From Candidatus Sericytochromatia bacterium (GTDB taxonomy: Bacteria; Cyanobacteriota; Sericytochromatia; S15B-MN24; UBA4093): a DNA stretch of 48,860 bases. The stretch is from NCBI GenBank assembly GCA_036676985.1, contig JAKFBU010000064.1, positions 1-48,860 on the forward strand, in the 5' to 3' direction. Made by a program: the position numbers and the translations under genes. The notes under the pieces are model-generated. The model was not told the origin of the DNA, ran no database searches, and saw only the letters and a list, made by a program, of their open reading frames with translations. This document shows positions 1-8,900 of the stretch, one piece after another (positions within the stretch are counted from its first letter, which is position 1; each line of letters starts with the position of its first letter).

Positions 1-2
1 AG

Positions 3-85
3 TGCGGAAGAGAGGACTTGAACCTCCAAGGGGTTGCCCCCACATGCTCCTGAGGCATGCGCGTCTGCCATTTCGCCACTTCCGC
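3..85 (-). tRNA. tRNA-Leu(CAG), no encoded CCA
   Basis: Reverse complement folds as GCGGAAG acceptor stem, D-loop TGGCAGA, anticodon arm CATGC-CTCAGGA-GCATG, long variable arm, GGTTCAAGTCC T-arm. Confidence 0.96.
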
Positions 86-97
86 GCGAAGGATTTA

Positions 98-126
98 ACT
101 ATACCACAAGCTCGCCTCGCGGTAAA
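98..126 (-). promoter_or_regulatory. sigma70-type promoter of tRNA-Leu
   Basis: TTTACC-N17-TATAGT (with TG extension) just upstream of the tRNA. Confidence 0.6.
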
Positions 127-133
127 GCCTTTC

Positions 134-964
134 CTAAGTTTGGGGAGAGATATTTCCCTCGGAGGTCGATCCGGCGGCCGGATTCCGGCGATCGCGCACC
201 ATGACCCAGACCACCAGCGCGATCCCGATGATCACCATGGGGACGCTCAGGAGCTGGCCCATGGAGAGCTGCCCCAAGACGAAGCCGAGCTGCGCGTCCG
301 GATTGCGGAACAGCTCCACGATGAAGCGGCTGAGGCCGTAGCCCGTAAGGAAGGTGCCGAGCAGCACGCCGTTCGGCAGGCGCAGGCGGCTCATGCCGAA
401 CAGGATCCCGAACAGCACGACGCCCTCGAGCCCGAACTCGTAGAGCTGCGACGGGTGACGCGGCAGCTGGAGCGGATCCGTGGGGAAGACCATGGCCCAG
501 GGCACGTCGGTGGGGCGGCCCCACAGCTCGGCGTTGATGAAGTTGCCGAGGCGGCCGAGCCCGAGGCCCAGCGGGACGGCGACCATCACGATGTCCGCCA
601 GCTCGAGGAAGTTGAGCTTCATCTTGCGGCAGTAGAGCCAGCCCGCGAGGATGGTGCCGAGGAGGCCGCCGTGGAAGGACATGCCGCCGTTCCACACCGC
701 GAAGATCTCGAGCGGGTGCGCCAGGTACTCCTTGAAGTTGTAGAACAGGATGTAGCCGACGCGGCCGCCCAGGATGACGCCCATGATCAGGTACATGATG
801 AAGTCGGCCACGTCGCTGTCGCTCATGAGCTGGCGACGCCGGGTCTGACTGCGCACGATGAAGTAGGTCAGGATGAACCCCAGACCGTACATGATGCCGT
901 ACCAGTGGATCTTGAGGGGGCCCAGTTGCAGGGCGACCGGATTGAGCGGTGGATATTGCAGCAT
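134..964 (-). CDS. lgt: prolipoprotein diacylglyceryl transferase
   Basis: Motifs IHWYG, GGRVGY, GGMSFHGG, GRLGNFINAELWG, RHPSQLYE, RFIVELFR. Confidence 0.97.
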   Translation of the reverse strand: MLQYPPLNPVALQLGPLKIHWYGIMYGLGFILTYFIVRSQTRRRQLMSDSDVADFIMYLIMGVILGGRVGYILFYNFKEYLAHPLEIFAVWNGGMSFHGGLLGTILAGWLYCRKMKLNFLELADIVMVAVPLGLGLGRLGNFINAELWGRPTDVPWAMVFPTDPLQLPRHPSQLYEFGLEGVVLFGILFGMSRLRLPNGVLLGTFLTGYGLSRFIVELFRNPDAQLGFVLGQLSMGQLLSVPMVIIGIALVVWVMVRDRRNPAAGSTSEGNISPQT

Positions 965-1177
965 GGCTCCAGTCTAGCATGGCCGGATGCTCTGCACAGG
1001 GTGATCCGCCGGCCGTTCGGAGCGATTTTTCATCCAGACTTCATCCCGACCGAATCCGGCTTAACGGAGTCGCAACCAACCCTTCGCGTCCCCGGGCCAT
1101 CATAGGCGAGGGCCCGACCAACGGTCGAAGGCGGCGTCTCGAACCAGAGCGCCAAGACTGCGGGCCCGGGAGGCTGC

Positions 1178-1819
1178 ATGCGACGCTTGGCCGCGGTGAT
1201 CGCCGCCATCGGGCTCGCCCTGGGCCCTGGCCCCGCGGGGGCCGCCCCGAGCGGGAACCAGTACTTCATCAGCCAGATGCGCGATCCCGCCTGGAACCCC
1301 GAGGGGCCGGACTGGAGCGCCAACTGCGGCCCGGCCTGCCTCGCTATGGCCTTCAAGGCCTATGGCCTCGCGGACCCGGCCGACTCCGGCCAGGGCCTGA
1401 TCCGGAAGGTACGCCTCGCCATGACGGGCGCGGCCAACGACCTGGCCGCGACGAGCCTCGCGGGGATCCGGCGGACCGCCCAGCGCCAGGGGCTCGCGAC
1501 CGCGCTCGTCTTCGGACCCGGGGCCGTGACGGCGGCCGTCGCGGCCGGTCGGCTCGTCGTCCTCGCGGGCAACCCGCAGGCCTACAACACCCGGTTCGGG
1601 GTCAAGGACTACCAGACCTTCTCGGGGGCCCACTTCGTGCTCGTCACAGGAGTGGACGCCGACGGCTACTGGATCAACGATCCCCTCTCGCGGGTGGGGG
1701 CCCTGCACATCACGGCCGCGGAGCTGGCGACCTTCATGGGGTACCGGGGCTGGGACCTGGGCCTGAGCCTGGCCCCGCCGATCCCGAAGGAAGCACCCGC
1801 GGGCCGACCGGCAGGGTGA
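1178..1819 (+). CDS. secreted C39-like (papain-fold) peptidase
   Basis: Signal peptide (AGA-A), Q...NCGPACLAM catalytic Cys motif, GAHFVLVTG, INDP; GGAGG RBS. Confidence 0.8.
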   Translation: MRRLAAVIAAIGLALGPGPAGAAPSGNQYFISQMRDPAWNPEGPDWSANCGPACLAMAFKAYGLADPADSGQGLIRKVRLAMTGAANDLAATSLAGIRRTAQRQGLATALVFGPGAVTAAVAAGRLVVLAGNPQAYNTRFGVKDYQTFSGAHFVLVTGVDADGYWINDPLSRVGALHITAAELATFMGYRGWDLGLSLAPPIPKEAPAGRPAG

Positions 1820-4800
1820 AGCGGAACGTCGTTCCCTGCCCCACCTCCGAGTCGACGGACACCGTACCGCCATGGGCCTCCACCAGGCTCTTGACGATGG
1901 AGAGCCCGAGCCCGGTGCCCCCGGCCTGGCGCCCCGCCTCGGTCTGATAGAAGCGCTCGAACATGTGGGGCAGGGCGTCAGGGGGGATGCCGACCCCGCT
2001 GTCCGACACCTCCGTGCCGATCCCGGACGCCAGCGGAAACGCCCGGACGGTGATCCGGCCGCCAGGCGGAGTGAACTTGATGGCGTTGGAGAAGAGGTTG
2101 CTCAGAATCTGGACGAGCCGATCGGGATCCGCCTGGATCTCGGGCAGCTCGGGGGCGGCCTCGAGCCTGAACTCCAGGCCCTTCTTCTCGACGGCGGGCC
2201 GGAACATCTCCCGGACCTGCTCCAGCAGCGTCGGGTAAGCGACCGGCATCAGGTCGAGCTTGAACTTGCCCGCCTCCATCCGGGCGAAGTCCAGCAGCTC
2301 GTTGAGCAGGCGCGTCATGCGCGCGGCCGCCAGGAGGATTTGCTGGACGAAGCCCCGTTGATCCGCGGTGAGCCCCCCGCCGATCTCGTCCTCGAGGAAC
2401 TCCGCGTAGCCGACGATCCCCGTCAAGGGGATGCGGAGATCGTGAGACACGGCGTTGAGGAAGGTCCCCTTGATCTTGTCGAGGCTGCGCAGGTCCTCGA
2501 TGGCCCGTTCCAGCTTCTGGTTCGCGCTCCGCAAGTGGTTCCGCTCGCGGGCGAGATCCTCGGTGCGCTCCCCGACCCGCCGCTCCAGATCCGCCTGGAG
2601 ATGGTACAGCTCGGTGATGTCCCGCACGACGGAGACGACCTGGATCACCGCTCCGTCGGCGCCGAAGATGGGCACGCTGGACACGCAGATCACGCGGCGT
2701 CGCCCCTCCCGCCCCGTCACGCACGCCTGAAGTTCGGCCTTTTGGCCCCCGAAGGCCCGGAAGGCGGCGCTCTGCTCGCTCGGGATCGGCCGGCCCTCGA
2801 GATCCCGGAGGTCCAGCTCCCGGAGCACGTCCTTCAGGCCCATGCCAGGGAGGCTCTCCTTCTCGCCGAGCTGGACCAGCCGGGCGAACGCCTCGTTGAC
2901 CAGGATGAGACGGCCGTCCACCCCCACCACGCCCACCGCATCGGCCAGGTTGTCCAGCGTGACCGCGAGCTGCTTGCGGATCAAATCCTCCCGCTGCCGA
3001 TGCAGGGCGTTGGCGATCGCCAGGGCGAGCTCGCTGGCGATCGCCTGCATGAGGTCCTGGAAGTCGGCGGAGATGTGCCGCGGCGAGCCTCGGATGCCGC
3101 AGACGAGAACGCCGATCACGCTCTCGGGCAGGGAGATCGGGACGTAGACGAGGGTCTTGAGGTCCTCGCTCCCCATGAAGGGGTCCAGGGGGTCCGTCGT
3201 AAGCGGAGGAGCGAGGATGCTCGCCCGCCCCGAGCGGATCGTCGCCTCGAGCACCGAGCCCTCGGGGATCTCGACCGGCCGATCGCCCGTGGCCGTGAAC
3301 CCGTAGCCGCCGCCCAGGCGCCACCGGCCGTCCTCGACGAGCAGGGTCCCGACCACGTCGAACTGGAAGCTCTCGTGCAGGAGCTCCCCGATCCCGGAGA
3401 GCAGGCGCTCCGGATCCCGCTCCACTACCGTCTTCTCCGCCACGGCGTTGAGGACGGCCATCTCCTTGAGGCGGTCGAGCAGGTCCGCCCGGCTGAGGGC
3501 GAGCGCCTCCTCCATGGTCTGCAGGGCCTCCATGGCATCGGGCAGGGGCTGGTCCGAGATGGGGAAGTGCTGCTGGATCACGACGCTCGCGGCCACCGAG
3601 CCGAGCGGACCGCTCAGGGCGCGCTCGACGGCCTGACGGGCCATCATCTGCCGAGTTTCCAGGGGCAGATCGATCGCCTCCAGGTTCCGGCGGATCCCCG
3701 CGAGCTCCCCTCTGGCCTGCTCCGCCCCCAGGAACCGCCCCAAGACGGCCTCCAGCTCCGAAAAGGAGATCGCCTCGAGGAGGTGGTGGCGGAGCTTGAG
3801 GGGGCGCTCGTCGCCGGACAGGAGCGCCCGGGCGCGCTGCTCGCGCTCGGGCGAGAGCGGATGCCACAGCGAGTAGAGGAGGATGGCCCCCAGGTTCGCG
3901 GCCATGCACCAGAAGGCGGAGTGGGCGTAGGGGTCCAGCCCCGCCATGCCGAACAAGGAGGTGGGGCGGAGCCAGCCGATCCCCCAGGGCCCATGGGCGA
4001 CGATCGCCTGGAACGGGGGGATCTTGCCGGCGAAATTGGGCAAGAAGGCGGTGTAGAGGCAGAGCACGGCCGAGAGGGCCAGCCCCCATGTGACGGCCCG
4101 TCTCGACAGCCCGGGCCAGAGCAGCCCCAGGAAGAAGGCCGGAGCGAGCTGGGCCGCCGCGATGAAGGAGACCAGCCCGAACTGGGCGAGGAAGTCCACG
4201 TCGGTGAAGGCCCACGTCCCGTAGGCCAACAGGGAGATCGCCAGGATGATCCCCCACCTCAAGGGCAGCAGGTAGGGCCCCAGCCGGCTCACGTGGCTCA
4301 TGAGGACCGGCAGGAGCAGGTCGATCATCACGATGTTGGTGAGCGCCAGCACCATGACGACCGCCATCCCGCCGGCCGCGGCGATCACGCCCAGGTAGGC
4401 CAGGAGGGCGAGGGATATAGAGCCCGCCTGCCTGGGCAGCACCAGGATCGCGGCCTGTCCCTCCGGTCCCGCCAGCCCGATGAGCAGGCCGCCCAGGGCG
4501 ACGGGAATCACGAGGAGGTAGAAGACCAGGACGTAGAGCGGAAAGGCCCAGCGGGCCTCACAGACGTCCGCCGCGCGCGTATTCTCCACGACGCAGACGT
4601 GGAAGATGAAGGGCAACATGACGACCGCGCCCATGCTCAAGAGGAGGTACCCCATCCAGTTCGGGAAGGTGTTCTCCGGGGTGCTGCCGATCGTCAGGTG
4701 AGGCCAGATCGTCGGGTCCGCGAAGGGATGGGGGAAACGCCAGAGGGCGAGGGCGGCGACGGCCGCCAGGGCGATCAGCTTGAGGCCCGCGTGCAGGGCG

Positions 4801-5372
4801 AGGGTCACGACGAGCCCTTCGTGGCGCTGGGTCGGATCGGCCCGCCGGGCGCCGAAGAGGATGGTGAAGACGGCCAGGACCAGCGTCAGAGCCAGCACCT
4901 GCCTGAAGGGCTCACCGCCCGATCCGGTCGCGAGCACCCGGAACGACAGGGCGACCGCTCCCAGCTGCAGGGCGATGTAGGGGACGGAGCCCGTGATGAG
5001 GATGATGGCCGCCAGCGCGGGCAGGATCCGCGAGCCCCCGAAGCGAACGGCGAGGAACTCCGGGAGGGTCGTGACGCGGTGGGCCCGGGCGATCTGGACG
5101 GCCCTCAGGATCAGGGGCCAGCCGAACAGGAAGGTGAGGCAGGCCCCGATCTGGACGGCCAGGAACGGAAGCCCCTTCTCGATCAGCCCCCCTGCGACGC
5201 TCAGGTAGCTCCACCCCGTCATCCAGACCCCGCCGAGCGCCAGCAGGTAGACGAGCTGGCGGACCCTCCGCGTGGCAAATGCGCCCGGGAGGTGCTCCAC
5301 GCGGTAGGCAATCAGGAACATCAGGAGGAGGTAGGCCCCGGCGATCGCGAACAGCAGGCCGATCGGGAGCAT
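1734..5372 (-). CDS. SLC5 (Na+/solute symporter)-STAC-GAF-PAS histidine kinase, CbrA/CrbS family
   Basis: About 13 TM N-terminal region with PYIALQL, STAC-like segment (LGRFLG...ERALSGPLG), GAF, PAS, H-box SHDLRIPL, N/G boxes NAIKFTP, DSGVGI, GTGLGL. Confidence 0.9.
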   Translation of the reverse strand: MLPIGLLFAIAGAYLLLMFLIAYRVEHLPGAFATRRVRQLVYLLALGGVWMTGWSYLSVAGGLIEKGLPFLAVQIGACLTFLFGWPLILRAVQIARAHRVTTLPEFLAVRFGGSRILPALAAIILITGSVPYIALQLGAVALSFRVLATGSGGEPFRQVLALTLVLAVFTILFGARRADPTQRHEGLVVTLALHAGLKLIALAAVAALALWRFPHPFADPTIWPHLTIGSTPENTFPNWMGYLLLSMGAVVMLPFIFHVCVVENTRAADVCEARWAFPLYVLVFYLLVIPVALGGLLIGLAGPEGQAAILVLPRQAGSISLALLAYLGVIAAAGGMAVVMVLALTNIVMIDLLLPVLMSHVSRLGPYLLPLRWGIILAISLLAYGTWAFTDVDFLAQFGLVSFIAAAQLAPAFFLGLLWPGLSRRAVTWGLALSAVLCLYTAFLPNFAGKIPPFQAIVAHGPWGIGWLRPTSLFGMAGLDPYAHSAFWCMAANLGAILLYSLWHPLSPEREQRARALLSGDERPLKLRHHLLEAISFSELEAVLGRFLGAEQARGELAGIRRNLEAIDLPLETRQMMARQAVERALSGPLGSVAASVVIQQHFPISDQPLPDAMEALQTMEEALALSRADLLDRLKEMAVLNAVAEKTVVERDPERLLSGIGELLHESFQFDVVGTLLVEDGRWRLGGGYGFTATGDRPVEIPEGSVLEATIRSGRASILAPPLTTDPLDPFMGSEDLKTLVYVPISLPESVIGVLVCGIRGSPRHISADFQDLMQAIASELALAIANALHRQREDLIRKQLAVTLDNLADAVGVVGVDGRLILVNEAFARLVQLGEKESLPGMGLKDVLRELDLRDLEGRPIPSEQSAAFRAFGGQKAELQACVTGREGRRRVICVSSVPIFGADGAVIQVVSVVRDITELYHLQADLERRVGERTEDLARERNHLRSANQKLERAIEDLRSLDKIKGTFLNAVSHDLRIPLTGIVGYAEFLEDEIGGGLTADQRGFVQQILLAAARMTRLLNELLDFARMEAGKFKLDLMPVAYPTLLEQVREMFRPAVEKKGLEFRLEAAPELPEIQADPDRLVQILSNLFSNAIKFTPPGGRITVRAFPLASGIGTEVSDSGVGIPPDALPHMFERFYQTEAGRQAGGTGLGLSIVKSLVEAHGGTVSVDSEVGQGTTFRFTLPVGPRVLPSGSAGPGSGPGPSPGTP

Positions 5373-5375
5373 GGC

Positions 5376-5585
5376 CTACTCACATGGGGGCATGCGCGCG
5401 GACAGCGCAATGAGGAGGGCCAACGTCCCGAAGAGGTAGACCAGGATGAGGGGGATCCCCCCGATCAGCGTGCGATGGTTGAACAGGGAGAGCCAGGGAT
5501 CGCTGAACAGGAAGAGGGCCCCCCCCCCCAGCGCGATCCACCGCAAGGGGCGGCTCGGAGTCGGCACGTCGTGAGGCTCGCTCAT
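5376..5585 (-). CDS. small two-TM protein, CbrX-like partner of the SLC5 kinase
   Basis: AGGAAC RBS, 69 aa, PWLSLFN..IGGIPLILVYLFG pattern, stop 3 nt before the kinase ATG. Confidence 0.75.
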   Translation of the reverse strand: MSEPHDVPTPSRPLRWIALGGGALFLFSDPWLSLFNHRTLIGGIPLILVYLFGTLALLIALSARMPPCE

Positions 5586-5715
5586 GGGGCACCTGTTCCT
5601 TCGCCGGCATCCCCGGACACGCTCATGTCTATCAGGGATGACCGGACGGAACAACAACCCGGCGAGCCCGGGCCGGATCCGGGCGGCGCAGGCGCTCCCC
5701 GGCCAGCGTCGCGAG

Positions 5716-7893
5716 CTAGAGGCTCGACAGGTGCTGCTCGAAGCGCAGCGTCAGGCTGGCGTTGGCCGCAAGGTCCAGGTGCCAATGCGGCATGAGCGCG
5801 GAGCTCTGGTAGACCCGCTCGAAGCCGCCCTCGGACATGGAGATGGTCTCGACCGGGAAGCGCCACAGGGTCGCGGGCCGGTCCCACACCAGGCGGTAGT
5901 CCACGGCATTGAACGCGTCGCGGATGCCGACCTCGGTGACGTCGCGCAGCTCGCCCTTGGAGCCGAGGCGCGGGTCGTCGACCACCGTCCCCGGCACGTA
6001 GTAGTAGCGGTCGGGCGCGTTGCCCGCGAGGAAGTTGGCGTTGAACTCGACGCCGAACCACAGGGACACGGGCCGGTCCTTGCCGTTGGTCAGCGTGTAG
6101 TCCACGTGCGTGACGGCCCCACCCTCCCGCTTGACCTCGAAGCGCTTGGAGACGGTGATGGGCCAGAACTCGGAGCCGACCCAGACGTGCCCGTCGCGCG
6201 TCAATTTCAGGTGGACGTCGTCGGTGCCGCGCTCCAGGACCGCACGGTAGTCCTGGTTCACGAAGTCGCCCTGCTCGCCGTAGCTCATGTTGTAGAAGGA
6301 CTCGAGGTGGCTGTCCGGGTGCAGGAAGTGATCCAGGAAGCTGAGGCGCCGGTACCAGTCGTGGAACAGGAACTTCTCGAGGCCCTGCTCCTTGGTGAGG
6401 ACCACGTCGTAGATGGCGCGGATGCTGCCCTCGCGGCGGAAGGCCTCGAGGGTCGTGGCCCGGGCGATCTTGCTGTGGTAGGCCTCGTGGCGCCGGGCGA
6501 GCGTATCGAGCACGTTGAAGGCCGCGGGCTTGTAGTCCAGCTCGAAGAGGGCTCCTCCCTCCAGGTTGAAGTAGAGGTTCTGCTCCTTGTTGGAGATGAG
6601 GATCTCGGGCTTGCCGTCGCAGTCGAAGTCGTGCTCGCTGATCTCGAGGAAGTCCTCGCCCCGGTGAATGAGGCGATCGCAGATGGCCTCGGCCTTGATG
6701 AGCGCGCGGTAGTTGGCCGAGCGCAGGTGCGTCAGGTAGAGCCCGCCGAAGACGCCGTGCCAGTAGGGGTCGTTGGACTGCCCCTGCCAGAGGGCGGTCT
6801 GCGCCTCCTCCCAGTCGTCGGTCGCCTCGGACTCGAGGGACGCCGTCACGAGCTGCTCCACGTTGCTCGCCTCGGCGACCTTGTCGGCGACGAGGAGCAT
6901 CTTCTTGTGGAGGTTGTTGCTCTCGGGGTAGCGCACCAGGAAGTTGCGCCACATGCCGCCCCGCAGGAAGTGGGCGTAGCGATCGGGAACGTTGCCGAGG
7001 GCCTCGGCGTAGGCGGTCGCCTCGTCGGGGGGCAGCGCCCACTCCTGCATCTGGATGTAGGTCGCCGACGGCAGGTAGATGCGTCCGAAGGGCCGGCGCT
7101 CGCGCCTGTAGTCGTGCAGGGTGGTCGAGGAGATCCAATCGGAGTGCTCCTCGAGCAGCATGAAGAACCGGTCCAGCCAGCCCTGCTCGTAGATGGCCTT
7201 GTGGGTGTTGGGCCAGACGCCGAACTTCTCGCCGTCGTCGAAGCAGAGCGCCAGGCGGTTGCCGTCGGTGGAGGCGTTGGCGCGCAGGTAGTCGATGACC
7301 CGCTCGGGCGGGGCGAACGGAATGAGGCGCATCAGCTCGCTGTTGATGGGCACGACCTCGAGGGTCTTGCCCTGCTCCTCGGTCTGGTAGTAGCCCAACA
7401 GCTGCGGGCCACGCAGGCCGGCCGCCCGGAAGATGCTGTCGTCGAGGGGCGTCCAGCGCACCCCGGAGTCCGCGATGAACTTGACGAGATGGGGCTCCCA
7501 GACCCGCTCGGCGAGCCAGAGGCCCTCGGGAGTCTTGCCGAAGTGGTCGCGCAGCGTCCGGCTCAGGTGCCGGATCTGCATGACCTTGTCCTCGTCGGGG
7601 ATGACGGCCAGCACCGGCGCGTAGTGGCCGCCCGTGACGAGCTCGGCCTGACCCTTCTCGACCAGGATCTTGACCCGGGAGATGAAGTCGGGGTGGTGCT
7701 CCAGGAGCCACTCGAGCAAAAAGCCCGTGTAGTGCAGCATGACGCGAACGCCGGGATGGCGCTCGAGCGTCTCGATGAAGGGCAAGTAGCTCTGCTGGTA
7801 GGCTTCTTCGATGACCCAGTCCCAGTTGCCGAAGGGCTGGTGACAGTGAATGCCAAGGGCGAAGTTGATGGTTGGCTGATCAGACAGAAGCAT
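5716..7893 (-). CDS. GH57 alpha-amylase/4-alpha-glucanotransferase
   Basis: HCHQP, GLWLAERVWEP, DDGEKFGVWP, QSNDPYWHG motifs; C-terminal ETISMSEGGFE beta domain. Confidence 0.9.
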   Translation of the reverse strand: MLLSDQPTINFALGIHCHQPFGNWDWVIEEAYQQSYLPFIETLERHPGVRVMLHYTGFLLEWLLEHHPDFISRVKILVEKGQAELVTGGHYAPVLAVIPDEDKVMQIRHLSRTLRDHFGKTPEGLWLAERVWEPHLVKFIADSGVRWTPLDDSIFRAAGLRGPQLLGYYQTEEQGKTLEVVPINSELMRLIPFAPPERVIDYLRANASTDGNRLALCFDDGEKFGVWPNTHKAIYEQGWLDRFFMLLEEHSDWISSTTLHDYRRERRPFGRIYLPSATYIQMQEWALPPDEATAYAEALGNVPDRYAHFLRGGMWRNFLVRYPESNNLHKKMLLVADKVAEASNVEQLVTASLESEATDDWEEAQTALWQGQSNDPYWHGVFGGLYLTHLRSANYRALIKAEAICDRLIHRGEDFLEISEHDFDCDGKPEILISNKEQNLYFNLEGGALFELDYKPAAFNVLDTLARRHEAYHSKIARATTLEAFRREGSIRAIYDVVLTKEQGLEKFLFHDWYRRLSFLDHFLHPDSHLESFYNMSYGEQGDFVNQDYRAVLERGTDDVHLKLTRDGHVWVGSEFWPITVSKRFEVKREGGAVTHVDYTLTNGKDRPVSLWFGVEFNANFLAGNAPDRYYYVPGTVVDDPRLGSKGELRDVTEVGIRDAFNAVDYRLVWDRPATLWRFPVETISMSEGGFERVYQSSALMPHWHLDLAANASLTLRFEQHLSSL

Positions 7894-7973
7894 GGCACGT
7901 CATTTCTGCGTCCGGGCACGACGGAGGCCATGATACCATCCGTCGGGAGGGGTGCCAAAAGACGGGTGGCGAC

Positions 7974-8888
7974 CTAGCGCTCCGAGAGCACCTTGAGGAC
8001 CACGTTGCCCACCGCCTGGAGACTCTTGGGGGAGCACTCGGCGGGCACGTCGTGCACCGTGTGCCAGTGGTCGTACTCGAAGTCGATGAGATCGACGAAG
8101 GGCACCCCCGCCTCGATGAACGGCAGGTGATCGTCGTAGATCTGCGGGCCATCCTGGTTCACGAAGACGCTCCCGTACCCGAGGCGCCGGGCGGTGGCGA
8201 AGACCCGGTCCGTGAGGCTGCGGGCCTGCGTGCTGGAGAAGGACTCGCGCGGGATGCGCAGGTTGCGATCGCCCACCATGTCGAGCAGGATGCCCCACTT
8301 GGGCAGGGCCGAGCGGTGGCGCCGCACGTACTCGCGCGAGCCGTAGAACATGGTGTCCGGGGAGTCGCCCCAGTCCTCGCCGTCGAAGAGGACCAGCCGC
8401 ACCTCGCGGGGCGGGGGTGCGGCCTTGAGGGCGCGCGCCACCTCGAGGAGCACGGCCACGCCCGAGGCCCCGTCGTTGGCGCCCGGGGTGGGCGTGTTTT
8501 GGTGCTCGGCATGCGGGTCCTGGTCGGAGCGCGGCCGGCTGTCCCAGTGTGCCGCGAGCATGGCGGGATCCCCCTTGCCCGGGGCGAAGGTCGCGACCAC
8601 GTTGGTCAGCTTGAGGGTGCGATCGCCATCCTTGACGGTGAAGGCCTCGGCCGCGACGTTCGGGGTGTAGCGCTTGAACTCGGCGAGGAAGTAGTCGAGG
8701 GCCTTCTGATGGGCTTCGGTGCCGGGCACCCGGGCGCCGAACGCCACCTGGCGCTCCAGGTGCCGGAAGGCGGCCTCGCCCGAGACCTTGGGGTCCTGGG
8801 CGAGGGCCGACGTCGCGAGCATGAGGACGAGGAGGCCTCCCGTTCCGACCTGCGCCCAGCGGGGCGCCCGCAGCAGGCTCCTCATCAT
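7974..8888 (-). CDS. secreted M28 family peptidase / glutaminyl cyclase-like
   Basis: Signal peptide; AHWDSRP, GANDGASGVA, FDGEDWG, LDMVGD, DDHLPF, WHT. Confidence 0.88.
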   Translation of the reverse strand: MMRSLLRAPRWAQVGTGGLLVLMLATSALAQDPKVSGEAAFRHLERQVAFGARVPGTEAHQKALDYFLAEFKRYTPNVAAEAFTVKDGDRTLKLTNVVATFAPGKGDPAMLAAHWDSRPRSDQDPHAEHQNTPTPGANDGASGVAVLLEVARALKAAPPPREVRLVLFDGEDWGDSPDTMFYGSREYVRRHRSALPKWGILLDMVGDRNLRIPRESFSSTQARSLTDRVFATARRLGYGSVFVNQDGPQIYDDHLPFIEAGVPFVDLIDFEYDHWHTVHDVPAECSPKSLQAVGNVVLKVLSER

Positions 8889-8900
8889 GACCTCCGCGGC

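Noticed and set aside
119-127. CTTTACCG near tRNA-Leu as a member of the shared motif
   Set aside because: Explained as a sigma70 -35 with TATAGT at 17 bp; it does caution that TTTACC alone is not specific
1040-1085. c-di-AMP (ydaO) riboswitch (CCGAATCC...GGA)
   Set aside because: The GGGGGA, GGGGTGAAT and TCAGCTAAC elements are absent
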